This document shows positions 20,387-30,855 of a stretch of DNA of 64,000 nt, one piece after another. This stretch comes from Candidatus Poribacteria bacterium (GTDB lineage Bacteria > Poribacteria > WGA-4E > WGA-3G). The number at the start of each line of letters is the position of its first letter. The first letter of the stretch is position 1. A program made the translations under genes and the position numbers. The stretch spans positions 224,001-288,000 of the forward strand of contig CBDBFU010000015.1 in assembly GCA_965205025.1 (NCBI GenBank), given 5' to 3'. The notes under the pieces were generated by a model. The model did not search any database. It saw nothing but the letters and a program-made list of their open reading frames with translations, and was not told where the DNA came from.

Positions 20387-21367
20387 TTATTCCTTCCAAA
20401 TACCAATCTCTTTATAGAAACGTATCGCCCCAGGATGAAAGGGTGTACCCGTATCTTTTATGACATTCTTAGGGTTAATTGCATTACCTGCTTTGTGTGC
20501 TTTTACAACTTCAGCACGATTGTTATATAGTGTTTTTGTAAATTCATATACGGTGTTTTCATCAACCGACTCAGCAGTAATTAGATGCATGGATCCCACA
20601 TTCATAGTTTCAAATGGTTCGGTTAACACCTTCTCATAAGCAGTAGCAGGAATAGTGATCGACGAAAAGAAAGGATACTTTTTAACAAGAGCTTCCTTGG
20701 CCATTTTGTCAAAAGGAATAAACATAATATCTTGTGATGCGGAAGCTTGCTTCACGGCAGGTGTTGGCACTGCTCCACCAATAAAAGCAGCTGTAGCTGC
20801 CCCGTCTGCTAATAAATTCACGGCAGCGCTATAAGTATCATTGAGAGGAGTGAAATCATCATAGGTAACACCATGTTCCTCTAATACTGGTCTCAAGAAA
20901 TATTCAAATCCAGCACCGGCTGGACCAACAACGACTCGTTTTCCTTTTAGATCCGGGATTGAATTAATCTCTGAAGATTTCTTTGCTACAAACAGAGCCA
21001 CATTTGGAGCGAGTGTCATGACTGAACGGATTGGATGTTTCGTTCCCCATGCACCTTCACCACGTACAGCAAAATATGAGATTGCAGCATTTGCAAGTGC
21101 AAATTCTATTCTTCTATCATCCTCTACCAAAAGACGGATGTTCTCTTGAGTTCCTTTTGTTCCTTGGGCGGTAACTTCCCAGTTCATTTCTGTTGAATTA
21201 CGATTTACAACATCTGCAATCGCCCCACCAACAGCATTAAACGCTCCCCCTATAGGGGCAGTACCAATACTGATAAACTTCATCTTAGATGTATTATCAC
21301 ATCCAATATATATCAACAATGCAAGAATAACAGGTATTATGATTGTATATTTCCTGATAGTTTTCAT
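20387..21367 (-). CDS. TAXI-family TRAP solute receptor, lipoprotein
   Basis: Lipobox IYIGC, SIGTAPIGG, DLKGKRVVVG, PFHPGAIRFYKE. Confidence 0.92.
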   Translation of the reverse strand: MKTIRKYTIIIPVILALLIYIGCDNTSKMKFISIGTAPIGGAFNAVGGAIADVVNRNSTEMNWEVTAQGTKGTQENIRLLVEDDRRIEFALANAAISYFAVRGEGAWGTKHPIRSVMTLAPNVALFVAKKSSEINSIPDLKGKRVVVGPAGAGFEYFLRPVLEEHGVTYDDFTPLNDTYSAAVNLLADGAATAAFIGGAVPTPAVKQASASQDIMFIPFDKMAKEALVKKYPFFSSITIPATAYEKVLTEPFETMNVGSMHLITAESVDENTVYEFTKTLYNNRAEVVKAHKAGNAINPKNVIKDTGTPFHPGAIRFYKEIGIWKE

Positions 21368-21448
21368 GTTTTCTCCATTATTTTCATATCTTATTTTAAT
21401 AGAAATATTTGATAGATTTCTATTTATACATTTCTATTTACACCCATC

Positions 21449-22738
21449 TTATTTATCAAAGCTTAATGGAACTTCTGGTGGGAAATAACACATCTTGGAC
21501 ATATCTGGAAAGATATGAGTTACATCTCTTCTATAAACATCCCCACTTAGTATGTCAACGATTCCTCCAAGATGCTCTGGGTATTCTGACAGAAAACGAG
21601 CAAAGCTGAATTCCTTTGTATAGAAGGCGTATACTAATTTCCTAAATGCTTCCATACCATTTACAAAAGTCTGTCCGAAACTCCCCAACTGATTTCCAGA
21701 AAAATCATTCTCTCTAAATGCCTCAACAATTACATCTGCAGCCATTTCACCGGATTTAAGTGCTAAGAATAAACCTGTCGAATATACTGGATCCAAGAAA
21801 CCAAATGCATCTCCGATAAGCAACCAATTCTGTCCTGAAATTCGACTCGCTCTATACGAGAAGTCTTTGGTTGTTTGAACAGGAAACAGTTGTTTAGCAC
21901 CGTCCAATCGTTCCTTTAATGGTTGGCACTTCACCAATTCTTCCTCGAAGATCTTTTGTGTGTCCAGTTTTCCATCTGAATCTCTTCGGTTTTGTAGAAG
22001 ATAATCTAATTCTCCTACAACCCCTACACTTGTCCGGTTGTATGGTAGTGGAATAGACCAAAACCATGAATCCTTTTCCTCTGTATGCAGTATAAGGGTT
22101 GCCCCTTCGTCAATTCCTGGATCTCGGTATCCACCTTCAAAATGTGTGAAAAGAGATGCTTTTTTCAGGTTAGGATCCACAGTATTTAGATTTAATTGTC
22201 TACCAATAAGAGATCGCTGTCCTGTAGAATCAACAATTACTGTGCCATGAATCGTCTGTTGTTGTGTTTCCTGAATGTTACCATTGACTGTCGTCTGTGT
22301 ATTAACACCAATTGCTTTATCTCCATCAAAAAGCACTTTTCTTACACTTACACCCCTTCGTACCTGAACACCTTTTTCAACGGCGTTATTTAATAACATC
22401 TGGTCGAATTCACTCCGCAAGACCTGCCATGTCACGGAACTCTCATGTGGATTTGTTTCAAAGAAGTAAAATGGATTCGTAGCTTTACCAGTCCGTGTGA
22501 AAAACTGAACACTATATTTCTGGGGAAAATGGCTCGCTCTTAGTTTCTCAAGCATTCCAAGACGTTTGAATGTCCAGTATGTTGAAGGAATCAGGGATTC
22601 ACCAATTTTAAACGATGGTTCAGATTCACGTTCCAAGAGCAGCACACGATATCCTTGTTGTGCTATAAGGGTTGCGGCAGTACTACCTGCGGGACCTCCA
22701 CCGATAATTATTGTATCATATGTTGAGTGCTGATTCAT
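21449..22738 (-). CDS. Flavin-dependent halogenase-like FAD oxidoreductase
   Basis: GGGPAG, KIGESL, FPQK (halogenase Lys position), WFWSIP (WxWxIP), GDAFGFLDPVYSTG. Confidence 0.82.
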   Translation of the reverse strand: MNQHSTYDTIIIGGGPAGSTAATLIAQQGYRVLLLERESEPSFKIGESLIPSTYWTFKRLGMLEKLRASHFPQKYSVQFFTRTGKATNPFYFFETNPHESSVTWQVLRSEFDQMLLNNAVEKGVQVRRGVSVRKVLFDGDKAIGVNTQTTVNGNIQETQQQTIHGTVIVDSTGQRSLIGRQLNLNTVDPNLKKASLFTHFEGGYRDPGIDEGATLILHTEEKDSWFWSIPLPYNRTSVGVVGELDYLLQNRRDSDGKLDTQKIFEEELVKCQPLKERLDGAKQLFPVQTTKDFSYRASRISGQNWLLIGDAFGFLDPVYSTGLFLALKSGEMAADVIVEAFRENDFSGNQLGSFGQTFVNGMEAFRKLVYAFYTKEFSFARFLSEYPEHLGGIVDILSGDVYRRDVTHIFPDMSKMCYFPPEVPLSFDK

Positions 22739-22772
22739 GGTAATTGTTGTAGTTACTATTAAATGTTATATT

Positions 22773-24017
22773 TTATATTCGTTCATCAGTAAATCGTCTT
22801 GATTTCAATTCATATCGTGGTAAAGTACCATTTGGTACTGTTTTAACAATTGTTCTTAATCCTAATTCATCTCGGATGGCTGCAGTGACCTTGGATATTG
22901 TTTCATCTGAGTTTGGATTAATCGTCTCAATTTGGATTTCAAGCTCATCAAATGTATCTCCAGAATAAGCACGAACAGCAAACTCACGAACATCTTGTAC
23001 CTTTAAGATGATATTTTCAATTGTTGCTGGATATACATTTAATCCTCGTATAATTATTGCGTTATCTAACCTTCCCACAACACCACCATCAAGGATACGA
23101 TGTTCACTTCCACAAGAACACTGTACTGATTTTAGTCTGACAAAATCTCCTGTCCTGTACCGTATTACTGGCATCCCAACCCGTCCTAAATTAGTAATGA
23201 CTAACTCTCCCTCATCTGCATGCTTGCCAGAATCTGGATCTATTACCTCACAAATAAATTCGTCCTCATTGAGATGCACTCCGTTTTGTGTTCTACACAT
23301 TACACCCCAGGCACCAACTTCGGTTGCACCAACATGGTCGTAAGCCTTTGCTCCCCATCCGTCTTCAATTCGTTGTTTTGTAGATTGTAGACTTGCCCCC
23401 GGTTCACCTGCATGGATCGTAACCCTTACCTTAGATTTAGTACTTAAATCCACACCTTCTTGTTTTGCCACTTCTGCCAGTCGTAAAGCATAGGTAGGTG
23501 TACATATGACCACTGTCACATCATTCGTAAGGATAGCACGTATACGTTGATCAGATGTCATCCCTCCATTTGCTATGGTGAATGTTCCAAGTTGTTGAGC
23601 GCCATGATATGCGCTCCAAAAACCAATAAAGGGTCCAAATGAGAAAGCAATCATTAACCTGTCAGAGGAGGTCACCCCTGCAGCATTATAAATATCACGC
23701 CAACATTTACCCCACCAATCCCAAGATTCTCTTGTATCTAACCAACGGATTGGTGAACCTGTTGTACCAGAGGTCTGATGTATGCAGGTATACTGTTCTT
23801 GTGGATAGGTTAAATTCGTACCGTATGGTGGATGGGAAACCTGATCTGTACTAAGTTCATCCTTCGTCGTAAATGGAAGATTCTGATAATCTGAAAGCGT
23901 TTGAATTTCATCAGGATTGGAAAAGCCAGAATCACCTAACTTCTTTTTATAGAAGTCATTTGACTTACAAACCGGTATTAACATTTCTCTCAACCGGTTT
24001 AATTGTATATCTATCAT
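22773..24017 (-). CDS. PaaK-like (phenylacetate-CoA ligase family) adenylating enzyme
   Basis: LPFTTK, HQTSGTTG, AGEPG, GATE, RYRTGD, GRLD, GLNVYP. Confidence 0.9.
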   Translation of the reverse strand: MIDIQLNRLREMLIPVCKSNDFYKKKLGDSGFSNPDEIQTLSDYQNLPFTTKDELSTDQVSHPPYGTNLTYPQEQYTCIHQTSGTTGSPIRWLDTRESWDWWGKCWRDIYNAAGVTSSDRLMIAFSFGPFIGFWSAYHGAQQLGTFTIANGGMTSDQRIRAILTNDVTVVICTPTYALRLAEVAKQEGVDLSTKSKVRVTIHAGEPGASLQSTKQRIEDGWGAKAYDHVGATEVGAWGVMCRTQNGVHLNEDEFICEVIDPDSGKHADEGELVITNLGRVGMPVIRYRTGDFVRLKSVQCSCGSEHRILDGGVVGRLDNAIIIRGLNVYPATIENIILKVQDVREFAVRAYSGDTFDELEIQIETINPNSDETISKVTAAIRDELGLRTIVKTVPNGTLPRYELKSRRFTDERI

Positions 24018-24059
24018 ATATCTATCAGATCCTTGCTTAGGATTCCAACCTGGTAAACA

Positions 24060-25400
24060 TTATGTATACCGTGTATTCTGGTATTCTGGAGCATAGAACG
24101 CTGGAAGAAGACCATCAACCTGGAGTAAACCCCGTTGGGTTAGTTGGATTTCATCTTGATCTGATTGAATTCGTAACATACCTTCGTTCTGTAGTTTCTC
24201 AAATTCCTCACTATAGAGTGTCAAGATATCCTCATCGAACTTAGATTTGAAATAGGATGGATTAATCTTACCAAGTTTAAGTTGTAAAATCATTTCTCGT
24301 GTGAGTTTTTCATCCTCTGTAGGTTTAAAAGCGCGATAGATGGGTAGTTCACCTTCTTCAAGAGTATTGAGATAGTCCCCCCAAGATGGTGCATTTTGAA
24401 AATGAATTCCGCTCAGATGTGAAAAAGATGCTACCCCCGTACCGATCATATCACTTCCTTGCCATACTGCATCACGATATACAAACTTACAAGGTTTGTC
24501 TTTTTTCAAAACCGTATAGGCACTTGATTGTTCATATCCGGCTTGAGCGAATTGCTCAAAAGCATATTGGTGCCATTCCCTTTTTAGTTTCCAATCAGCA
24601 ACAGGTAATGCATCTCCCCCGAGGATATCTTTTGAATAAACAGTATTAAAAGGCAGCTCAAGTTGATAAACAGTAATACTATCAGGATCAAGTTCTATAG
24701 TCTTTTGAACAGTATCCCGCCAACTTTCCCACGTTTCACCAATCATACCAGATATAAGGTCAATGTTAACCTGATCAAAGTCTAATTCCTTTATCCATGG
24801 ATCAATTCTGTACACCTCTTTTGAGAGATGTGCACGACCGTTTTCTTCGAGGATGTCGTCATTCAAGTTCTCAACACCGAGACTTAAACGGGTAACACCT
24901 ATGCCTTTTATAGCTTCTAATTTTTTTTGTGTCAACGTACCCGGTTCACATTCGAATGCAACTTCTTCGGCATCATCCCAAGGAAACACTTTCTTGACTC
25001 TTTCAACGAGTGTGTTTAGATGTTTTACACTGATGTATGATGGAGTACCACCACCGAAGTATACAAATCTCAATGGACGGTTGACTAATGCAGGTTGTCT
25101 GCCATATAGTTCGATTTCTTCAGCAAGAGCATTGAGATATGTATCTATTTCAGAGCTGTTTTTATCCGTATAAACTCGAAAATAACAGAATTTACAACGT
25201 TTACGGCAGAAAGGAATGTGTAGATATAGACCTAACGTTGCATCGTCCGATGGTTCTTCGTTTAATGCATTATATACATCCGGAACTGCTGATTCATTCC
25301 ATACAGAATAGGGAGGATAATTAGAAACAAAAACGCTCCCTACGGATGTCTTTTCAGAATCTATTCCTGCTGTCGCTGGTTCCGGCTTTGTTTGGTTCAT
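24060..25400 (-). CDS. HemN-like (class C) radical SAM protein
   Basis: YLHIPFCRKRCKFCY, YFGGGTPS, RLSLGV, NIDLI.G; HemN C-terminal domain. Confidence 0.9.
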   Translation of the reverse strand: MNQTKPEPATAGIDSEKTSVGSVFVSNYPPYSVWNESAVPDVYNALNEEPSDDATLGLYLHIPFCRKRCKFCYFRVYTDKNSSEIDTYLNALAEEIELYGRQPALVNRPLRFVYFGGGTPSYISVKHLNTLVERVKKVFPWDDAEEVAFECEPGTLTQKKLEAIKGIGVTRLSLGVENLNDDILEENGRAHLSKEVYRIDPWIKELDFDQVNIDLISGMIGETWESWRDTVQKTIELDPDSITVYQLELPFNTVYSKDILGGDALPVADWKLKREWHQYAFEQFAQAGYEQSSAYTVLKKDKPCKFVYRDAVWQGSDMIGTGVASFSHLSGIHFQNAPSWGDYLNTLEEGELPIYRAFKPTEDEKLTREMILQLKLGKINPSYFKSKFDEDILTLYSEEFEKLQNEGMLRIQSDQDEIQLTQRGLLQVDGLLPAFYAPEYQNTRYT

Positions 25401-25475
25401 TTCTATATTCCTTATAGTAAAATCAATTATACATACTATATATATGTATAGACTTAAATTATAAATCTATTTTAA

Positions 25476-26684
25476 TTATTTCTTTCCAAAACAGAAAAGT
25501 ATTCCATCCTCATTCCCAATGTAAATTCTACCATCAGACACACTCGGTGATGCGATAATAGATGAACCGGTTTCATATTCCCAAACAGACTCTCCTGAAG
25601 ATAAATCTAATGCAATAAATAATCCGCGAGTTGTACCGACAAATACGCGTTTTCCTACAACAATAGGAGAAGATTCAATACGCGATTTTGCTGTATAGGT
25701 CCAGATAGGATCACCCGTATTATGTGATAGTGCATGTACCATCTTATCACGTCCACCGATAATAACTTCATCTCCTGTGAGGGCAGCAGAAGCGATAAAA
25801 GGATATTTAAGATCTGGGTGTTGATATCGCCAGGTAATATCTCCTGCATCCAAAGACACACTTAGGATTTCACTGCCATAAGTACCACAGAAGACATGAT
25901 TATCTAATATTGCTGGACTTGCCCCCACATAAGTTCCAAGATTTACCATGTGTACTTGTGTTCCATCCGTGACATTAATTACACGAAGATAACCATCACA
26001 TCCTGTTGCAATTGCATAATTTTCTATAGTGGATGCATCATCAGTTTTATGGAGCCAAACACTGGGTGTTGCATGAACATATCCTTCAGTTTCAAATTTC
26101 CATATTAGATTACCATTATTGATGTCTAAACAGTATAAAAACCCATCATACGAACCGAATAACACCCGGTTATCTATGAAATTTGCTGAAGATACAATCT
26201 CACCCTCGGTGGTATACATCCATTTCTTTTCATGCGTGTTAATATCCACTGCATGAAATATACCTGTGTCATCTCCAAAGTAAATGACACCATCAGAAAT
26301 TGATGGGGATGACTTTATTGGTGCCTTGGCATTATAGTTCCATTTACTCTCTCCTGTCTGAGCATTTAGTGCATATAAATACCCATCTAATGCCCCAACA
26401 TATACAGTACCTTCATAGATAGTTGCAGTAGACTCTATCATGTCATCTACTTTAAATGTCCATAATAAATCAAGCTTATCGGGGAGTTGTGCCTTAACCA
26501 CTCCTGTAAGCTGCTGATTACCTCTGAAACTAACCCAATTACCAAAAGAAATCTGTATGTTTATAAAAAATAAGACCAAAATATAAGATAAGATCACTAT
26601 GATATATCGTATGATTTCTTTTAAATTGGTGAGTTTGATAGGTAAAAACTCAAAATACTTTTTCATATAATCTCTCAAAATCAT
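25476..26684 (-). CDS. PQQ-like (BamB/AfsK-type) beta-propeller protein
   Basis: WVSFRGN N-terminal motif; repeated SSP..../G..DG.LY.L...TG...W blades. Confidence 0.88.
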   Translation of the reverse strand: MILRDYMKKYFEFLPIKLTNLKEIIRYIIVILSYILVLFFINIQISFGNWVSFRGNQQLTGVVKAQLPDKLDLLWTFKVDDMIESTATIYEGTVYVGALDGYLYALNAQTGESKWNYNAKAPIKSSPSISDGVIYFGDDTGIFHAVDINTHEKKWMYTTEGEIVSSANFIDNRVLFGSYDGFLYCLDINNGNLIWKFETEGYVHATPSVWLHKTDDASTIENYAIATGCDGYLRVINVTDGTQVHMVNLGTYVGASPAILDNHVFCGTYGSEILSVSLDAGDITWRYQHPDLKYPFIASAALTGDEVIIGGRDKMVHALSHNTGDPIWTYTAKSRIESSPIVVGKRVFVGTTRGLFIALDLSSGESVWEYETGSSIIASPSVSDGRIYIGNEDGILFCFGKK

Positions 26685-27771
26685 CTATTCCCACAGGCCG
26701 TGGGTTAAACTGCGCTGTCCATTGAACCGATGCCTCCTTTGCTAAGTTAGCAAGGTCTGTTGACCTGATGGGATATTGGACAGAACACTCTTGTAGTGTG
26801 TTCGGTAAATCACTACATTCAATTAAAGACTCAATTCTATCAGCTAAATTCCCTTTAGAATAAAGTTCTTGATAGAAACCTCCAACGATTTGTTCATTAT
26901 ATCGTATAACATGCGGTAGCATTAGACTGACCGCGATACCATGTGTAATTCCATATCTTGCTGTTAATGGATTTGCACATGCATGTGCGGCACCAAGCAT
27001 AGAATTCTCTATTGCCAATCCAGCAAGATATGCACCAAATAACATCTTTCCACGCGCGTCAAGATGTTCTTCATCAATAGCTATTTGGAAATTAGATTCT
27101 AACATTTTCCACGCCTGTATTGAAAACATCTGGGAAAGCGGGTTACGTCTTGTTGAAACAAAACTTTCAACTGCGTGTGCTATGGCATCTATACCTGTGA
27201 TCGCTGCAACCAATTTAGGTAAGGTATCAGTCACAGTTGGATCTAAAATGACAGTGTCAAATTTTGCTTTTTTGTCTCCACAAGCCATTTTAATATGTGT
27301 ATCATCTTGTGCAATCAATGCATAAGATTGCGCCTCACTTCCAGTACCAATTGTTGTCGGTATACCTATTGAGGGAAGCATAGGTCTTGTAGCTTTGTTA
27401 GTTCCCCAATAGTCCTCCATTTCACCTCCATTTGTTAGAATGAAATTCGTTCCTTTTGCACAATCCATTGCACTTCCACCCCCGAGTCCAATAATTAGAT
27501 CAATTGGGTTGTTTTTTTGTGCAAATTGGACTGCCTTATAAACATGTTTTGTTGTTGGGTTCGGATCAACATCCGTGAAAACGGAACAGTGTATATTCTC
27601 GTTATTTAGTGCCGAATATGCTCTCTTCAGAATACCCGCTTCCTTGATCCCAGTATCAGTAATGATGAGCACACGACTACCACCCAATGTTATAGTGGCT
27701 TTTGCGAGTTTCTCAATACTGTTATCTCCAAATAAAACACGTTGTGCTAAATTAGAATCGAAGGATACCAT
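26650..27771 (-). CDS. Iron-containing alcohol dehydrogenase
   Basis: GGGSAMD, IPTT.GTGSE, GIDAIAHAVES, GAAHACA, HG. Confidence 0.92.
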   Translation of the reverse strand: MVSFDSNLAQRVLFGDNSIEKLAKATITLGGSRVLIITDTGIKEAGILKRAYSALNNENIHCSVFTDVDPNPTTKHVYKAVQFAQKNNPIDLIIGLGGGSAMDCAKGTNFILTNGGEMEDYWGTNKATRPMLPSIGIPTTIGTGSEAQSYALIAQDDTHIKMACGDKKAKFDTVILDPTVTDTLPKLVAAITGIDAIAHAVESFVSTRRNPLSQMFSIQAWKMLESNFQIAIDEEHLDARGKMLFGAYLAGLAIENSMLGAAHACANPLTARYGITHGIAVSLMLPHVIRYNEQIVGGFYQELYSKGNLADRIESLIECSDLPNTLQECSVQYPIRSTDLANLAKEASVQWTAQFNPRPVGIDDFERLYEKVF

Positions 27772-27810
27772 GTAAACTCTTTGAATAATTCCAAGATTTC
27801 AGTATTTTGT

Positions 27811-29307
27811 TCAGTTTGTTGTAGGATATTCAGTAAGATGTGCCTGTGGTGTCCCATGCAGATAATCTCCATCACATGCATTGAATAACCAACCACTCAA
27901 CCGTTCTACAAGATCAGGATAGTCTGATGACAGATCATGTTCCTCCCGATAATCTTCCTTGAGATTATATAACTGGAAGTTTTTGTTCTTGTTAATATAT
28001 CGACATTTCCATCCATCAGATGTTACCAAGGCAGGACCGAGTCGAGAAGCATAGACAACCCATTCCCTACTTTGTTGGTCTGTCCGTTCATACAGCGTCG
28101 GTAAGAATGAGACACCATCCTTTCCATTTGGTGAATTCACATTAATTAGGTCAGCAAGGGTTGGCATGACATCGTAGTTTGTTATCATCTGATTAGATTC
28201 TGTATCTTCTGGAACGTATCCCGGATATCGTACAATGTATGGAATACGTGTCCCACCTTCCCAACTTGAGAATTTCAGACCACCCATACCATCATTTCCG
28301 TTGAACACATCACCACCTGTCTCTGAGTAGAATTTAGTTGTAATTTCATCGAATTGTTCGTTATCCAAGTTCTTATTTCGTCCAGTAGTTCGTCCTTCCT
28401 GTTTAGCATATACTTCATGTCCATTATCTGAACAGAAGATAATCATAGTGCGTTCATCAATCCCAAGTCGTTCAAGTTCATCCAAGATAATACCTACGGT
28501 TTCATCCAGTTTCAATATCATAGATGCGTATTCTTTTTCATAGGTTGTCAATTCTGATGATTGTTTAACTGCAGGATGTATTTCAGGTATTGCAATTGGT
28601 CCGTGTGGTAGTTGGGAAGGATGATAGAGAAAGAAGGGTTTATCCTTGTTTTTTCGCAGGAATTGAATAATCTTTTCGTTGAAAATATCCTGAGAGTATA
28701 CTGCTTTGCCTTCTTGATTTCTTCGTTGTTCTAAATTTTCTTCGGATTCTATATTTTGGTGTTTTCCACAGTCTGGATGTGTGTTTCCTTTAATCTCTGT
28801 AATATCCCCATTATCAAACAAGAAGGGAGGATAAAATCCGTGACACCGTTGATGGTCATAGTATCCGTAGTGATACTGCCACCCATGTCTTCGTATACGA
28901 TCTCCTGTAGTTGCAAACCCCCATTCCAGTTTTCCAATCTGTCCTGTCGTATATCCTGCTTCCTCAGGTATTTGTGCTAAGAAGACATCATCAGAAGTGG
29001 CTTGAAGTCCAGTTGTATGGATGAGTTCGGTAATCTCACTATATTCCATTTCACCTGAACTGATATTATTATATATTCCACCTTTTGTATATGTCCATGT
29101 ACCTTGATGGCAATCGTGTAGGCCTGTTAGCATACTTGCCCGGGATGGAGCACAAAAAGCACATCCGTATGCATGGTTAAATCGCATACCTTCATTGGCA
29201 AGACGGTCAATACTTGGTGTCTCAAAGTGCCGTTGTCCATAGCAACTTAGCATACCACGACCAAGATCGTCTGCATAAATGAAAATGATATTTGGATTAT
29301 TGGTCAT
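27811..29307 (-). CDS. Arylsulfatase (Cys-type)
   Basis: PNIIFIYADDLG, CAPSRASMLTG, SDNG, WEGGTRIP. Confidence 0.92.
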   Translation of the reverse strand: MTNNPNIIFIYADDLGRGMLSCYGQRHFETPSIDRLANEGMRFNHAYGCAFCAPSRASMLTGLHDCHQGTWTYTKGGIYNNISSGEMEYSEITELIHTTGLQATSDDVFLAQIPEEAGYTTGQIGKLEWGFATTGDRIRRHGWQYHYGYYDHQRCHGFYPPFLFDNGDITEIKGNTHPDCGKHQNIESEENLEQRRNQEGKAVYSQDIFNEKIIQFLRKNKDKPFFLYHPSQLPHGPIAIPEIHPAVKQSSELTTYEKEYASMILKLDETVGIILDELERLGIDERTMIIFCSDNGHEVYAKQEGRTTGRNKNLDNEQFDEITTKFYSETGGDVFNGNDGMGGLKFSSWEGGTRIPYIVRYPGYVPEDTESNQMITNYDVMPTLADLINVNSPNGKDGVSFLPTLYERTDQQSREWVVYASRLGPALVTSDGWKCRYINKNKNFQLYNLKEDYREEHDLSSDYPDLVERLSGWLFNACDGDYLHGTPQAHLTEYPTTN

Positions 29308-29391
29308 AACAAAGAAACCTTATGAATAAGAATTGTCCAAACTATAGTTATTTATGAAAAGCGCGATTAAATTGTTGTTTAATTAAAATCC

Positions 29392-30846
29392 CTATAATTT
29401 ATAGATACATTTAGGTGATTTGTCTTGTTGAAAAGCACGTTGTCGATATAAATGTTCAAACAAATTCCCTTCGTGAGGACTATCCCATGAAATCTGATTT
29501 GTTGGAATTGGACCTATATTCAATCTGTCAATTAATGGTGTCTCTAACAGTTCTTGTGTTAGTTTTGAATCATCAGTAATTACTGTTGCTACCAACGTTT
29601 CAGCAATTGAATCCACAAGTTGTGATGGTGAAACTTCAGTTACACTAACAAATGGGAATGGAAATTCAATATTTGCTAATGGATGTTCAGAATCTTCACA
29701 CCATATAACAGTTGGTCTGAGGAAAGTACATCCATCTAATTCAACAACCCGATCACCGGAAGTTAACTCTATCGCGCCGGGTTGTTTTAGATGTCGGTCA
29801 ATAAGTGATGAAATACCGTGTGCAGCTTTTGGGTTTGCCCATGCAGCAATACCCGCTTCAGGATGATCGAGTGGTTTCGGTTGCATTTGAGATAGCCGTT
29901 CTGTAATGGCTTCAGCGGTATTTCTACCCTGTGCTGTTACCCATACACCAGATGCATTAATGCAGGATCTGCCACCGTTTTTAGATACCGATTCAACAAT
30001 GAGATCAAGATAGTCTTCCATTTCTGACTTTATATCTTGATGAATGACAATTTTACTTCTTCCAGGTCCATGTATTTCGACACGAGGATCATTTACCCAA
30101 GGTGCAACAGTAGACCCACCGCCAAATAACATTGCCCTACCACATCTAACAAGGATTTCATTTGCCCCAGAATAATCTGTTGGATAAAAGCTAAATGCTT
30201 CCATAGGTGCACCAGCTTCTATAAAGGCTTGTGCAATACGATACGGTGTCCATGGTTCTTCACGGCCAGGTTTCAATACAAGTGGAACTTTCAACACAAA
30301 AGCAGGAATCCAGAGTGAATGGACACCTGGTGAATTGCTGGGTAAAATTGCTCCAAGGGAGTTTGTCTCACACACATAACTAAGGATTCGTCCATTTTGT
30401 TCTCCCCAACCATCATCAAGTATTTCCTGATTTAATCCGCGAGTTAATCCATCAAATACTTCATCTATGTTTTCTAAGACACCGCGAATTTTCTCCATAT
30501 TCTGTTGACAAAGTGCCTCTGGCATACCCGTTGTTCCCGATACCTGTTTGATATAACCATCAGGGGATTGAGTATTATCATCAAGTGGTAAATTGGAGGA
30601 TGTGAAATGACGTGCAGCGTCTTTGCAGATAGACACCAATTCCTTCACAGAATATTGTTTTAGGGTTTGCTGATGAATGGGTATATCGATTAAATCCTTC
30701 GCGATTAGACCGCGATTCGCTTGACTAACATCAACTAACGGTTCGCCAGTTTTGATATGAGAAACCGTTACCATATTTAGACTTCTGTATGTCCGTCCTG
30801 CGCGTAATATTGGGATATGTTGCATCGATTTGGACTCCAGGTTCAA
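29392..30846 (-). CDS. Divergent aldehyde dehydrogenase-fold protein, EhpG/EsmB2-like acyl reductase (probable start ATG 30825)
   Basis: SNSPGVHSLW...KPGREEPWTPYR, HGPGRSKI, NGGRSCINAS (catalytic Cys), EFPFP; resembles my recollection of the EhpG/EsmB2 group. Confidence 0.75.
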   Translation of the reverse strand: MNLESKSMQHIPILRAGRTYRSLNMVTVSHIKTGEPLVDVSQANRGLIAKDLIDIPIHQQTLKQYSVKELVSICKDAARHFTSSNLPLDDNTQSPDGYIKQVSGTTGMPEALCQQNMEKIRGVLENIDEVFDGLTRGLNQEILDDGWGEQNGRILSYVCETNSLGAILPSNSPGVHSLWIPAFVLKVPLVLKPGREEPWTPYRIAQAFIEAGAPMEAFSFYPTDYSGANEILVRCGRAMLFGGGSTVAPWVNDPRVEIHGPGRSKIVIHQDIKSEMEDYLDLIVESVSKNGGRSCINASGVWVTAQGRNTAEAITERLSQMQPKPLDHPEAGIAAWANPKAAHGISSLIDRHLKQPGAIELTSGDRVVELDGCTFLRPTVIWCEDSEHPLANIEFPFPFVSVTEVSPSQLVDSIAETLVATVITDDSKLTQELLETPLIDRLNIGPIPTNQISWDSPHEGNLFEHLYRQRAFQQDKSPKCIYKL

Positions 30847-30855
30847 AAAGAGTAT

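Noticed and set aside
24060-25400. Housekeeping hemN or hemW
   Set aside because: No heme or hemW-type context; embedded in a tailoring-enzyme cluster, so only family-level annotation is supported
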